Below, piece by piece: positions 52,747-64,000 of a stretch of DNA of 64,000 nt. Under the pieces are notes generated by a model. That model was not told the origin of the DNA. It was given only the letters and a program-made list of their open reading frames with translations, and did not search any database. The translations under genes and the position numbers were made by a program. This DNA comes from Oopsacas minuta. Lineage: Eukaryota; Animalia; Porifera. Each line of letters begins with the position of its first letter. Position 1 is the first letter of the stretch. The stretch is taken from NCBI GenBank assembly GCA_024704765.1, contig JAKMXF010000332.1, forward strand, positions 900,060-964,059. Direction: 5' to 3'.

Positions 52747-53425
52747 CATCCGTACTTTCAACTGTATCTAAAAAACGAGCAAATTTTATATGACGATTTT
52801 CTAAAATTTTCTAAAAATCAAGTTTGGAGCCAAATATTCTCAGTACAAGCAAGCTTACTTGCGTTGCGCGGCATGCGGACACTTCTTATCAATGTGTAGC
52901 AATTATATTCTTAAAGATTTACTATTGGTTATATACCCCCATGCATGTCAAACATTAATACGACTTGAAATGCCTGTTCCACTGTCACTATATACCACAT
53001 TAACCTTATACTTATACTTTTTTATAATGTTCAAATTTTCTACTTAATGATATTAAGTTTATCATGCCAATTAAACTACTTAGTATGGGGCTAACAATTC
53101 GTACATATAGGCATAAATTTCCATGCATATACTTGTTTAACAAATTGGCATTTGAAGAATTTTGCGAAATAGGAAGTATTGAGTATATTTTGCATTTATT
53201 AACCTGTAATATATTATTTAGAAACTGACTTAGAAAATATTATAATCCAAGCCATACCTAATGAACTATCTGAATAGATGCCAACGTGTCTTGATCTATC
53301 AGATTTAATAGATTACCAATTGGGACACCTATCAGATTTAGGCTCTAATGCTGGTACTTACATTTTGGAGAATCGAATACATGTATTTGAAGAATAATTT
53401 AATAATGAATAATAGAGTAAATATA

Positions 53426-54729
53426 CAGGGTGACACATAAATACTGTTACAAATATAAAAGGGCTGAAAACAAAGACTATTGGAGCGATCGTTCTGATAT
53501 TCTAAATTATGTTTAGCTATACTATAGGGTTGAAAATTAAGAAAGTATTACTCAAATATATCGCCTTTTGCCTTAATGCAGCTCTTCAGACGGATGATGA
53601 AGGAGTCTACACTGGCACACACATGCTCATCCGAAATCTTTGACCACTCTCTTAATAATGTACTCTTAAGAACCTCAGCTGAACGATGAGGTGTAGCGTT
53701 AACCCTCTCCTCCAATATGGACCATATAGAGAAGTCGAAGGGGTTAAGGTCTGGCGAACATGGTGGTCACTCTTCGGAAGAAATGACCCCGGGAAATTGG
53801 TCTTGCACCACTTTTGAGTGGCTTTAGCCTTGTGAGCTGGGGCAGAATCTTGTTGGTATACCCATAGGTCGTTTCCAAAATGTGATTGTGCCCAAGGCTT
53901 CAAAACATTCTCAAGAATTGATTCTCGATAAACCGATTGGTTGATTTTCACACCTTGGGGGATAAATAGCAAAGGTGTCCGACCAGTTGCAGTAACCCCG
54001 GCCCATACCATCACTGAAGCTAGTTTCTGCGTTATAGAGATCCGGAAAGTAGATTCAGGCAAAGTACTCTTATCGGTGCTAAAATCCTATGATACCTTGG
54101 TTAGGACCTGCTGAACAGTAAATATTTTCTCATCAGAGAAAAGGATCTGCTTGTGTGGACTATTGGTGAAACTTGAAAGCATGGCCTTGCATCTTTCCAC
54201 TTCATACTTTTATTTTTGGCTGTGAGGAGTTGTCTTTTTTCATTTTGTACGCTTTCATGCTCAAATCATTACAAACAAGCCTCCGCATCGATTCCCTGTT
54301 TGTATTTGTTTCAATGGCCATTTTTCGGATACTTCGGACAGGATTTCGTTTAATCAGTTGTAGCACCCGCTTGGTCAAAGAAATTGTCCGTGCAGTACGT
54401 GAACGGCCAGGTCGTGGTCGGTCTAGCACGTTCCTGTATCAGCAAACCGTGACAAAGTTCGCGAAATAAACATCCTATTTTAACTGAGCAAAGAGGCAAT
54501 TTCACTTCTGCATTTCCGGCCCTGAATAACTCAATAACAGCTGAACGACGAGTCTCCATTAGAAAAATGTTGAAATTATAAAACTTCTAAGTGAGATATA
54601 GCTGGTGTGATTTATTGAGATAAATAGATATGTAGTACAATATATTGGATAAGTTTCAACGCTATTGAATTATATTCATCTACAATATGGTAGTTTTAAA
54701 AGTTATAACAGTATTTATGTGTCACCCTG
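53426..54729 (-). mobile_element. Full-length maT (DD37D) Tc1/mariner element, frameshifted
   Basis: Perfect 24-bp TIR CAGGGTGACACATAAATACTGTTA with TA flanks. FSDEK, VMVWAGV, QQDSAPAH...SPDLNPFDF; 37 residues between the second and third D after correcting frameshifts. Confidence 0.92.
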
Positions 54730-55649
54730 TACAGATATTGTTATAGATAGACTGTTATTAATGCTACTATTATAAGTTAACATTTATATTAAGTGAAGTG
54801 TCACAGGATGGTGTTTACACTCGTAATATCCTTGATAAGATTAGGCTTCTAACATCTGGCTACATTGGAAGGCCTCTCTTTCCTTGGCTTTTCTTCTTCC
54901 CGGTCTGTTCATCGATTTCTTTGGTTTTTCATTTCAGAACCTTGGGGGCCATTGGTATACAGCGACAAAATGCCGCTCCCAGTAGAGTAACAGACCTAAT
55001 TGGGGCGAGGTTTGGGAGCCTGTGTTTACAGCATTTGAACCTATAATTACTCTGTTTTGTTAGAAACGGACAAACATGGCCAATAGCAAAAGGTGGGGTT
55101 CAGGGTCAGGGCCTTCTGAGTGTTTGGGCCCGTGTTCTGCTACCCTATGCTCAAATGGGATATTATTCATTAATAGGACGTAAGGTATTGCAGAGACACT
55201 AATATCAACTATAGATCGATAAGATTTGCAGTTTTTGAGCTATGGCTACTATATGACAAAATGCATTTCCTTAGCACCCAGGTATGTGATTACATTCTGA
55301 TCATGTTATCGGAATTCTTCGAATCACTACATTAATTCATCATATTATATACCAATCAGACATTACAGATGTTGAAAACAATGTAAATACACTTTAGAAG
55401 CTTGCATTTGTTGTACTAAAATGCACATTCAGCGACCACATGATGATTAATTACATATTTGACTACATATATATTTGTATATACTTTATACTACGTTTCG
55501 TTGATAATACATTCCTAAGGGCTATCACACGTATTTTCAGTTTATCATCCTTTACATATTTCTACTCTTCAAAAACTGATTTCTTATTTTTAACCATGAT
55601 TCGCCAGCATATTTTGCCGTATTATAGTATAGCATGATAGATACTCGTG

Positions 55650-55802
55650 TATTGATACGGGCGCTCCCTCCGCCCCCAATGGTACCCCACTGCTGGGTGG
55701 AGGATCGGGATTACTTTTGCATTCAGCCTCAGCAGAGCCGTACTCAAGTAGATCTTCATCATTTATATCGACTTCAATGTGTTGTTTATCAGCCTCAGCC
55801 AT
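55650..55802 (-). CDS. Possible first coding exon of an unidentified gene (resembles the DDX39/UAP56 N-terminus)
   Basis: Good start context AAAATGG and acidic N-terminus; DLLEY followed 27 aa later by VSIH mirrors ELLDY-x26-VSIH of DDX39. No downstream helicase exon was found and the 3' boundary is uncertain. Confidence 0.3.
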
Positions 55803-57814
55803 TTTGTTCTAGTTTTTGATATTTTTAACAATAACAATGGAATTTTTATACTTGTGGCCAATCCTCAATAGTTGCTTATTTATTCAAGTGGCATTTAATA
55901 CTATTGTGATAAGATTTATTACGAATTTGGTCTATTCAAATTAACCTGGGGCCTGGAGTAAACCTTAAAATACTTTAGGTCAATATTGGATTGTTATATT
56001 TTGACACATTATTCAACTGCTAAAGTCTTTGATAGTGATATATCTGTATAGCAATCAGGGTTCTGCTGAAAGTCTGTGAATGGATGAACAATTAGATTTC
56101 TTTGGAAGTCTGATGTCTGTTAACAATTCATGTATTTTACATTGCAAAACTAAGACTTTAAGTTTTTATGAAGAATGCAACTTACTATTTTTAAGAGGAT
56201 TTGTGTCTTGATTCCTTTATCAATTAGTGTGTGGAGCTATTTACATCAGTTTTAGTATGTTGGAGTAATTGATATATAGAAATTATATGGTGATATATAA
56301 GTTTAGATTACCCTGTTGTGACTATCTCACCTATCTGTATATTTGAGTTATCTAGCAATTCAATACTTTACTATTATATATCATGTTACCAAGGGTTGCT
56401 TTAGATTATTTGAAATCTAGAAAAAGGTATATGCAAATTTATTGGTAATTCTACTTGTTTTTTAATTATAAGTACAGAATCTACTCATTACTTACCTTAT
56501 TCATATGATTTTTCTTTTTGGAATTGCATTTCGTTTCCAATTCATCTCTTTCCATGGTCTTCTCCAAAATGTAAATAGGTATCTACAGATAAGAGTAGTG
56601 ATATATTGATATTATAAATATTTTTATTGATTTTGGGGCGCAAATTCTAATCGAAGGATGGTACTTATCAAATTTGTTTATTTATTTTGATTTGTTGGGA
56701 ATTTATGTATTTACATTGAGACTTACATTAAACATCAATTTGATCCAGAGGACTTAGTTCAAGTTGGATAAGTCTCCATAAGGTGACAAAAATATCTGCA
56801 CATTGGGAGCCATAACAGGAAGTACTCCTTCTCTCAACCTGAGCCCAAAACAATCAGAATCTGATTCCAAAATGATACTTCAAATTGAAATTGATTGAAA
56901 AGAAACAGCCTGTACTGTTATTTGGCTGATGTAATATAACACACAGCTTCTGACCACCATATCCTGGGTTGCATTGTTTTGGTCAGTGATTTGTCGTGCA
57001 AGAACGCGATCCAATGGTGAGATCATTATGAGTAGAATTAATGACTGATACATCTTTTTGAGCTAGCGCTCCTAAAATATCTTATCCTAAAGTAATTCAC
57101 CATTCATCCTGCAATATAATGTAGTCCGAATTGTCATTAAATCCTGTTTAAACGTAATAACTGACAAATACTAAACGTACTGCATTACGTTTAGTGTATC
57201 TTCTTTAGTTTTCACAAATTTCACCAATAAGTTTCAATTGGTTATACAATGTCTCTTTATCGAAAATGATATGAGATAAGGTTCGGATGAGCAATTAAGG
57301 TAAATAGCATTTGGGGTAGAGGAGGCAGTTGACTGCCCGCATTTTGAGCGTTGCTCATCTCCCTATTGTATATTGATTTAAGGAGTCATTTTCCGAAAAC
57401 TGAGAGGGCTCTGCCCTCTCAGTTTGAAAAGAGTCTTTACTGTGGCAATAGCCCTGAATGCGGGCTAAATGGGACCAAAATGACCACTTAGGACTCATCA
57501 ATATCAAAATTACAATATTTTAATGAGCCTATCCAAAATTGGTACAATATAATATTTCATGTTTAAAATCGCACAAAAACAATTTCTAAGTTCACTGTTC
57601 AGGTTGAATAACATCTAATATCTCATTATTTGCAATAAAAATATTTGGCTTCACAGACATCCTTGGACCAACTTTTCACTCCACTGAACAGGATTTATTA
57701 CGTAGGTCATGACGTGTGTTACAAGTATAGCAGCGGTACTTAACTTTTTTGCTCAATTTTCCCCTTCGCCAATAGGCGGCAAAATACACGCATGCATGAC
57801 ATACTTTATTACAA

Positions 57815-58470
57815 GGCCTGTTGTGTGACAGATTTAGTGCCATGACAGTCGTACTACTACCTCTATTACTGGTACCATGGATACTCTATACTCATGACAG
57901 AGTTACTACCTTACATGACAGAATTATTATCCTTTGATCATGACATGAAATCTTATAACTCAACTCTTAGCTCTTATCACACTGATGATCATGTGTTTTA
58001 ATGATTTTTTTGTTTCTGCTCTAGAGTTATATTACATAACTGGGCGTAAGCAAGATACTTTTACATTTTGTGTGAATTGTTTTATGTTACGTATTTTTAT
58101 ATAGAAATTGGACTGAGTTCCTTGTGTCCTGATGATCAATTAATTGTCTAACGTATCTGTTGTAATTCATCAAATTCATATTTATTTTAGAATATATATT
58201 GTTATCATATTTAGTAAAAGTAACAATTTCGAAATAAATGAAGTGAGTAGACATATTGCTATTAAGAGCAGAAACAAAGAACCCATTGAAAATGCATTAT
58301 TATCAGTGTGATGAGAACTAAGAGTTGAGTTATACGATTTCACGCCATCATCAAAGGGTAGTAATTCTGGCATGTAAGGTAGTAACTTTGTCATGGATTT
58401 AGAGTATCTATGGTACCAGTAATAGAGGTAGTAAAACTGGTATGGTAGTAAATCTCATATGCACCAGGCC
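57815..58470. mobile_element. Harbinger-like MITE with ~210-bp imperfect TIRs
   Basis: GGCCTG.TG...GATTTA...ACTACCTCTATTACTGGTACCAT...ACTCAACTCTTAG...CACACTGAT is mirrored. Right flank TTA, left flank CAA (TSD imperfect). Confidence 0.65.
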
Positions 58471-58473
58471 TTA

Positions 58474-58612
58474 ATTCTGACGTCGGTCACGCATACGTTT
58501 TATTTGGGCACCTTTTGTCGTAATGCGTCTAATATTTAATCCGATTTGTTAAAAATTTGACGCATTTCGGCTAAAGGCGCCAAAATAACGCATGCATGAC
58601 CGACGTTAGAAT
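58474..58612. mobile_element. Small MITE with ~40-bp TIRs; a degenerate relative lies at 57702-57804
   Basis: ATTCT(G/A)ACGTCGGTCA(C/T)GCAT(A/G)CGTT.T.TT.GG..CCTTT is mirrored at the two ends. Confidence 0.65.
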
Positions 58613-58982
58613 ATATGCTGTGAATATTGTCTAAATCTGAAACCCGCAAACCTTATCATTACAAATTTTGATATTTTCTCCGCGAACATTCCTAGATCCC
58701 ATTGTATACAATTTGAAACTATAAGTCTAATAAATTTCTCAAAAGGACAGCTTTACATTGGAGCATTTAAGGGCTTAATTGCTACTTAAGCAAGCCAAAT
58801 GGCGTCATTTCAGCATGGACATAGTTTATAGATATACTGTTTGAATTGTTAAAGTACCTATAATACATTTATTCGGATCAAGATGTATCAGAATTCCCTG
58901 GAAACCCGGCATTAGTTCTACTATTCTAGTAGTCATTAGTTCTAATTTTCTTTTGTAGACGTTAATTCTACTTTTTTAATGT

Positions 58983-61108
58983 GTAGTCATTAGTTCTACT
59001 CGGAAAATTGGCAGTGCTTCTACTTTTAATTATAATTGTAGAGCTATTGCGTGAGATTCTAACTCACGTGAGGTTGTAACTCATTAGTATTATTGGACAG
59101 GGACAGCCTTTCACCGTGATATTTTAACTCATTTATATTAAACCACTGTGAATTTGCAGGATATTCGACCAGGATCATTTCAATTACTAATTTGTCCTAC
59201 TTGTACTCATCAGATTTACCCGAAATTAATATCATTCGGTAGAGGAGTGTTGGACGTTGTATAAAATATAATTTCTTAAACATTTTTTAACTTTTACCTA
59301 TCTATTTTGTCATGACGAGTAGGGTCGCTTCTCTATTAAATCGACGACCTAAAAGTGAGAATACAAATCTGAAATCTTGTGTCTATATTTGTGACATGGA
59401 CGTTTATGTAAATTAAATTTCATCCAAAAATTCCTATAACTCGAGGAGATACAAGTATTCAAAGTTGAAGTCAGAGTTATGGTGGAGGGGGTGAGTATCA
59501 TTTTACAAAAAGTAGGGTCAGTTCAAATTGATAGTTGATATCCCAAATCGAAGTCAAACTATTATATTTTGATGACAATCGATAGCTGAAACATGGGTGT
59601 ATACCATTATGTCGCTATATTCCTGAAATTCTGAAAGATACAGTCACAATGGGGTTCTAATAATGGCATAATTGTCGTTTTTATGTATTTTCAAAATTTC
59701 AATTTAGACTCAAATTTCAAGATAATTCATTCCCCGAATCGCCTGAAACTTTACAGGCTCCTTCTTTTATATTATATCTTTCAATTTCCTTTAAAAGAAA
59801 CAGGGGTCACTAGTACTTTTCTAATGGATATTACAAAATTAATATTTTGTGAAAATATGTTTTTCCACTAGCCGCATCATTATTCGCATTGTCTAATACA
59901 ATACTAGATTATCTCATAAGACTAATGAGCATGACTGTTATTTACGCATGAAGCACATGTTATAACTCTTCTCTTGGTTCCCATTCTAATGTTGCTATAA
60001 CAAACGAATAATCATTATTTGTCAATATGTAGATTCATTGTGATGGATAAAAATAGAAAATGTAAGTATTTTGCGGTTTGATTATTCGTTTGTTGTAGTA
60101 ACATTAGAATGGGAACCAAGAGAAGAGTTATAACATGTGTTACTTCTTGCGTAAATAGCAGTCATGCTCATTAGTCTTATGAGATAATCTAGTATTGCAT
60201 TAGACAATATGAATAACTATATGGCTAGTGGAAAACATTATACAAATATTAGTTTTGTAATATTCAGTAAAAAAGTACTAGCGACCCCTGATTCTTTTAA
60301 GGGAATTGAATGATATAATATAAAAGAAGGACACTGTAAAGTTTCAGGCGATTATGAGAAAGAATTATTTTTGAAATTTGAGTATAAATTGAAATTTCGA
60401 AAATACATAAAAAACGACAATTATGCCATTTTTAGAACCCCATTGTGACTGTATCTTTCAGAATTTCATGATTATAGCGACATAATGATATATATCGATG
60501 TCTCAGCTATCGATTGTCATCAAAATATAATAGTTTGACTTCGATTTGGGATATCAACTATCAATTTGAACTGACCCTACTTTTTGTAAAATGATACTCA
60601 CCCCCTCCACCATAACTCTGACTTCAACTTTGAATACTTGTATCTCCTCGAGTTATAGGAATTTTTGGATGAAATTTAATTTACATAAACGTCCATGTCA
60701 CAAACATAGACACAAGATTTCAGATTTGTATTCTCACTTTTAGGTCGTCGATTTAATAGAGAAGCGACCCTACTCGTCATGACAAAATAGATAGGTAAAA
60801 GTTAAAAAATGTTTAAGAAATTATATTTTATACAACGTCCAACACTCCTCTACCGAATGATATTAATTTCGGGTAAATCTGATGAGTACAAGTAGGACAA
60901 ATTAGTAATTGAAATGATCCTGGTCGAATATCCTGCAAATTCACAGTGGTTTAATATAAATGAGTTAAAATATCACGGTGAAAGGCTGTCCCTGTCCAAT
61001 AATACTAATGAGTTACAACCTCACGTGAGTTAGAATCTCACGCAATAGCTCTACAATTATAATTAAAAGTAGAAGCACTGCCAATTTCCGAGTAGAATTA
61101 ATTACTAC
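58983..61108. repeat. ~2.1-kb palindrome / foldback-like element (arms 58983-60014 and 60079-61108, 64-bp spacer)
   Basis: Line-by-line reverse-complement comparison; short GTAGTCATTAGTTCTACT-type repeats cluster at both outer ends. Confidence 0.95.
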
Positions 61109-61619
61109 TGTCAGAGTAGAATTAAATGCCTGCGTCCCGAATTCCCTATGTAAATATTGTGGTATTCAATCAATCTCTGGCCCAAAATTTTATTACCTAC
61201 CATTGCTTTAGTGTATAGAATGCTATGGTTGAATAAATTGGACACATTTGAAACAACAAAAATGCATTTTCGAATATTGAATTTCAACATTCCTAAGTAT
61301 TTGCCATAACTCATTGACATTGAGTTATAGACCTATTATCACAAAAACTCAGATTTCTAATAATTAAGCATTCTGAAGGCAGTTATAATGAAATCTAACC
61401 ACTTTAAGCATGTGAAAAATATCTCTACTTTCGCCTATTTTCCCCCTTGCTCCAAAAGTCATTAAAAGTAATTTGATAGACCAATTAAATAGAATTCGCT
61501 TCTCTCCTGTAGTGACCAAGTGTCTTGAATTTCTAGCTACTTTCTTATTGATAAATTCGAATTCTTTGATATATTTACATATTATCGTATAATTTTTATC
61601 CTTGGAACAAAGTAGAGTA

Positions 61620-61919
61620 ATGAATCAAGACACGGAGAAGCTAAATATTGACAGTGTAATTAACCGCTTGTTAGAAGTCCGTGGAGCTAGACCAGGGAAG
61701 ACAGTTCAGTTGTCTGAACTTGAGATACGATCTTTGTGCATAAAGTCCCGCGAACTTTTTCTTTCTCAACCGATTCTACTTGAGCTTGAAGCTCCACTCA
61801 AGATCTGCGGGGACATTCACGGACAGTACTATGACCTTTTGAGGTTATTTGAATATGGTGGTTTCCCTCCGGAAAGCAATTACCTATTCCTGGGAGACTA
61901 CGTAGATAGAGGAAAACAG
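61620..61919 (+). CDS. PPP1C: Serine/threonine protein phosphatase 1 catalytic subunit, first coding exon; remainder beyond the window
   Basis: [27 protein letters not shown]...[41 protein letters not shown], then phase-0 donor CAG|GTATGA at 61919/61920. Paralog not assignable. Confidence 0.95.
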
Positions 61920-63371
61920 GTATGATTAATTCAATGGTAGATAGGTCAGTGCAGCGTTTTAGCGAGGCTAATCTGGGTACTTATCTTGACTTGACTCTAG
62001 CAGCCTACTTTTACCTGATCATGAAGATTTTTACTATTGATCTCAGAACTTCAAAATTTTGACCAAGTGCATGCTAATTGAAGTTGATTTATCATGGCTT
62101 TACGTATATTGTAAATTTGGGATTTACGCTATTTTTTGAAATTTCATCACCAAAGGTATATGTGCTGAGTCGTTTCAGATGTCACAAGGTGGTTCTATCC
62201 AGTGTTCCCACAAATCGCGTCTTGTTAAGGTGCTTGGAATATCTAGCTGTGTTAAAATGAAGATGCAATGCATAGGACTTAATATCTGTATAAGCGACAT
62301 GAGCCCATTCAATTTCAAAAATGAGGGCTTACGAAAATCCTGTGATAACCACTGGTTCTATCATGCTAGGAATACGAAGTCAAATCACATGCTTTGCCTA
62401 TCTAGATGCTTTAAGTATGTACTAGATAGGTAAGGATTATTTTAGTATATTCATCAGATCCAGCTCTCAACCCTAATTATGTACGCCTTAATAAATTCCT
62501 GGGGAAATACTGATAATGCAATATATGATCTTTTTACTGTATCGGGTCATAGTCGTAAAACAGTTCAAATTAAAAATGTTTCACAATTGTTGAAAAATAG
62601 GATATATACTTATACTAGGCAAAAGGTTTATAGAATGTCCAAAGTGTCCCGTGAGCCTACTGTATAGGGAAGCTTGTCATGTCATGTAGGGATTTATAAT
62701 TGGGAAATAATCACCGGCTGGGGTCTAGTGGCGCTTTAAGTACCCCTGTGGAGCGAAGCTCCTGGAAGACAATTCTATTTACATTTTCCAATCACATTAG
62801 CTGCCTTTCTGTCAGGTAACTTCGAATCTCGAATCAATTTCTCTTTTCTGAATAATACTCATAAAGCTTGTAAGTTTTCGATTGACCCACCATGATATTT
62901 TTTAGGGTGGGTTTTACCCGCTCTGATTTGTTCATTGCCACAATAGATATTGGTTGTCACTTGTCAAGTACCCAACTTGTATTTATCCCCAGACATGTGT
63001 TTTCTAAATTCAAGTGTTATAATTTTAATTTTAATTATCTATTGAGGTCATGTGGCAAGTGTTAATGAATATAACTAGAGCACTTACATTGTTTGTTTGA
63101 GCATTTATTTTTATACTTGTAGATATTATTCTTCGTTGTAATAAGGTTTGTCTCAGGTTCGAAATTCTATTGGAAATTTAATTGAGCAGAGGTAGTTAAC
63201 TTTCACAATTCCAGGAAACTTCTTGCATATTCAGACTTGTTAGTATCATTTTATATTATAGATTAGATTTGTTAGTAAACACAATTAATTGAATCCAAAA
63301 GTCGCTAAATATATATTTGGGGTTTACGCGGGCCGGGTTAGCCTATAAGCCAAATACCCCATGGCTTAGGA

Positions 63372-63955
63372 CAGGGGTACTCAAACTTTTAAATCTACGG
63401 GTCACTTTAAAAACTTTGCTCGCTTTACGGGCCACAAATCATAGATTGCCTTTGGCTTTAGTTTAATCAATTTTCAAGCTATACTATTTACCTCATATTG
63501 CATTCACAATGGATTCTATTTCTAAATTCAGGTTATTGACTTAAATTATAATCTTGTAAATTGATTCGAATCATTTGATGTCTCTTTTGAACTTAGCTTG
63601 TTTCTAGCAAGTGGACAATAGTACTAAACCTAGATTAGGGATATACTATGTACTGTTCATACTAGAAAAACATTGCAGAAATATCTCGCCATTTTAATTT
63701 ATGTTCTGTTTCCTATGTTGTACTTGTGAAGCTCTAATAATTGATAGAATTTGCAAATGCAAACTATAGTTACCAATACTTTGTTCATACTAGGAACATT
63801 GATGCATTTGTAGATTATCTCTAATTATTTCTATATGGTGTTTAGAAAAACACTTATTATCTGACGATGGGAGCACGTCAATCACTGTGTATATATATAT
63901 ATATGGACAATGAAAGCAAGTGAATTATCTGCGAGCCACGGTTTGAGCGCCCTTG
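63372..63955. mobile_element. hAT MITE in the PP1 intron
   Basis: Ends CAGGGGTACTCAAAC / CAAGGGCGCTCAAAC; 8-bp flanks GCTTAGGA / GCTTAGGG (7/8). Confidence 0.85.
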
Positions 63956-64000
63956 GCTTAGGGCCTCACGGCCCTCACCAATTCGACAAAAAATAGCTTG

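Noticed and set aside
61602-61619. ORF-track start of PP1
   Set aside because: It is a TTG; the ATG at 61620 aligns with the known PP1 N-terminus.
99-62667. Most 60-120 aa ORFs in the track
   Set aside because: They are antisense or shifted frames of transposon relics, or chance ORFs in AT-rich DNA.

Overview
AT-rich eukaryotic (animal-like) genomic DNA, not prokaryotic; no CRISPR array or RNA gene was recognised. Three host genes are well supported: CSTF2/CstF-64 (two exons, 13340-13564 and 24109-25398, split by a 10.5-kb transposon-filled intron), an intronless NDUFS3 (probable start 42397) and the first coding exon of a protein phosphatase 1 catalytic subunit (61620-61919). One further possible first exon lies at 55650-55802 (-). 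Most of the remainder is a graveyard of cut-and-paste transposons: hAT (several subgroups), Merlin, MULE, Chapaev3-type, Ginger-type integrase, mariner, maT/DD37D and many MITEs, several nested. The most notable object is a 3343-bp RAG1-like/Transib-family transposon (31899-35241). It has termini starting with the RSS heptamer CACAGTG, a perfect 5-bp TSD (CCACC) and a decayed RAG1-like transposase with N- and C-terminal zinc-motif remnants but no visible RAG2-like gene. A second divergent copy and further CACAGTGG(G/C)TTA ends occur elsewhere in the window. Also notable are a 2.1-kb palindrome with a sharp two-tier arm identity and a reconstructable nested insertion series at 6.4-12.9 kb. All assignments come from manual translation and motif recall, not database searches.
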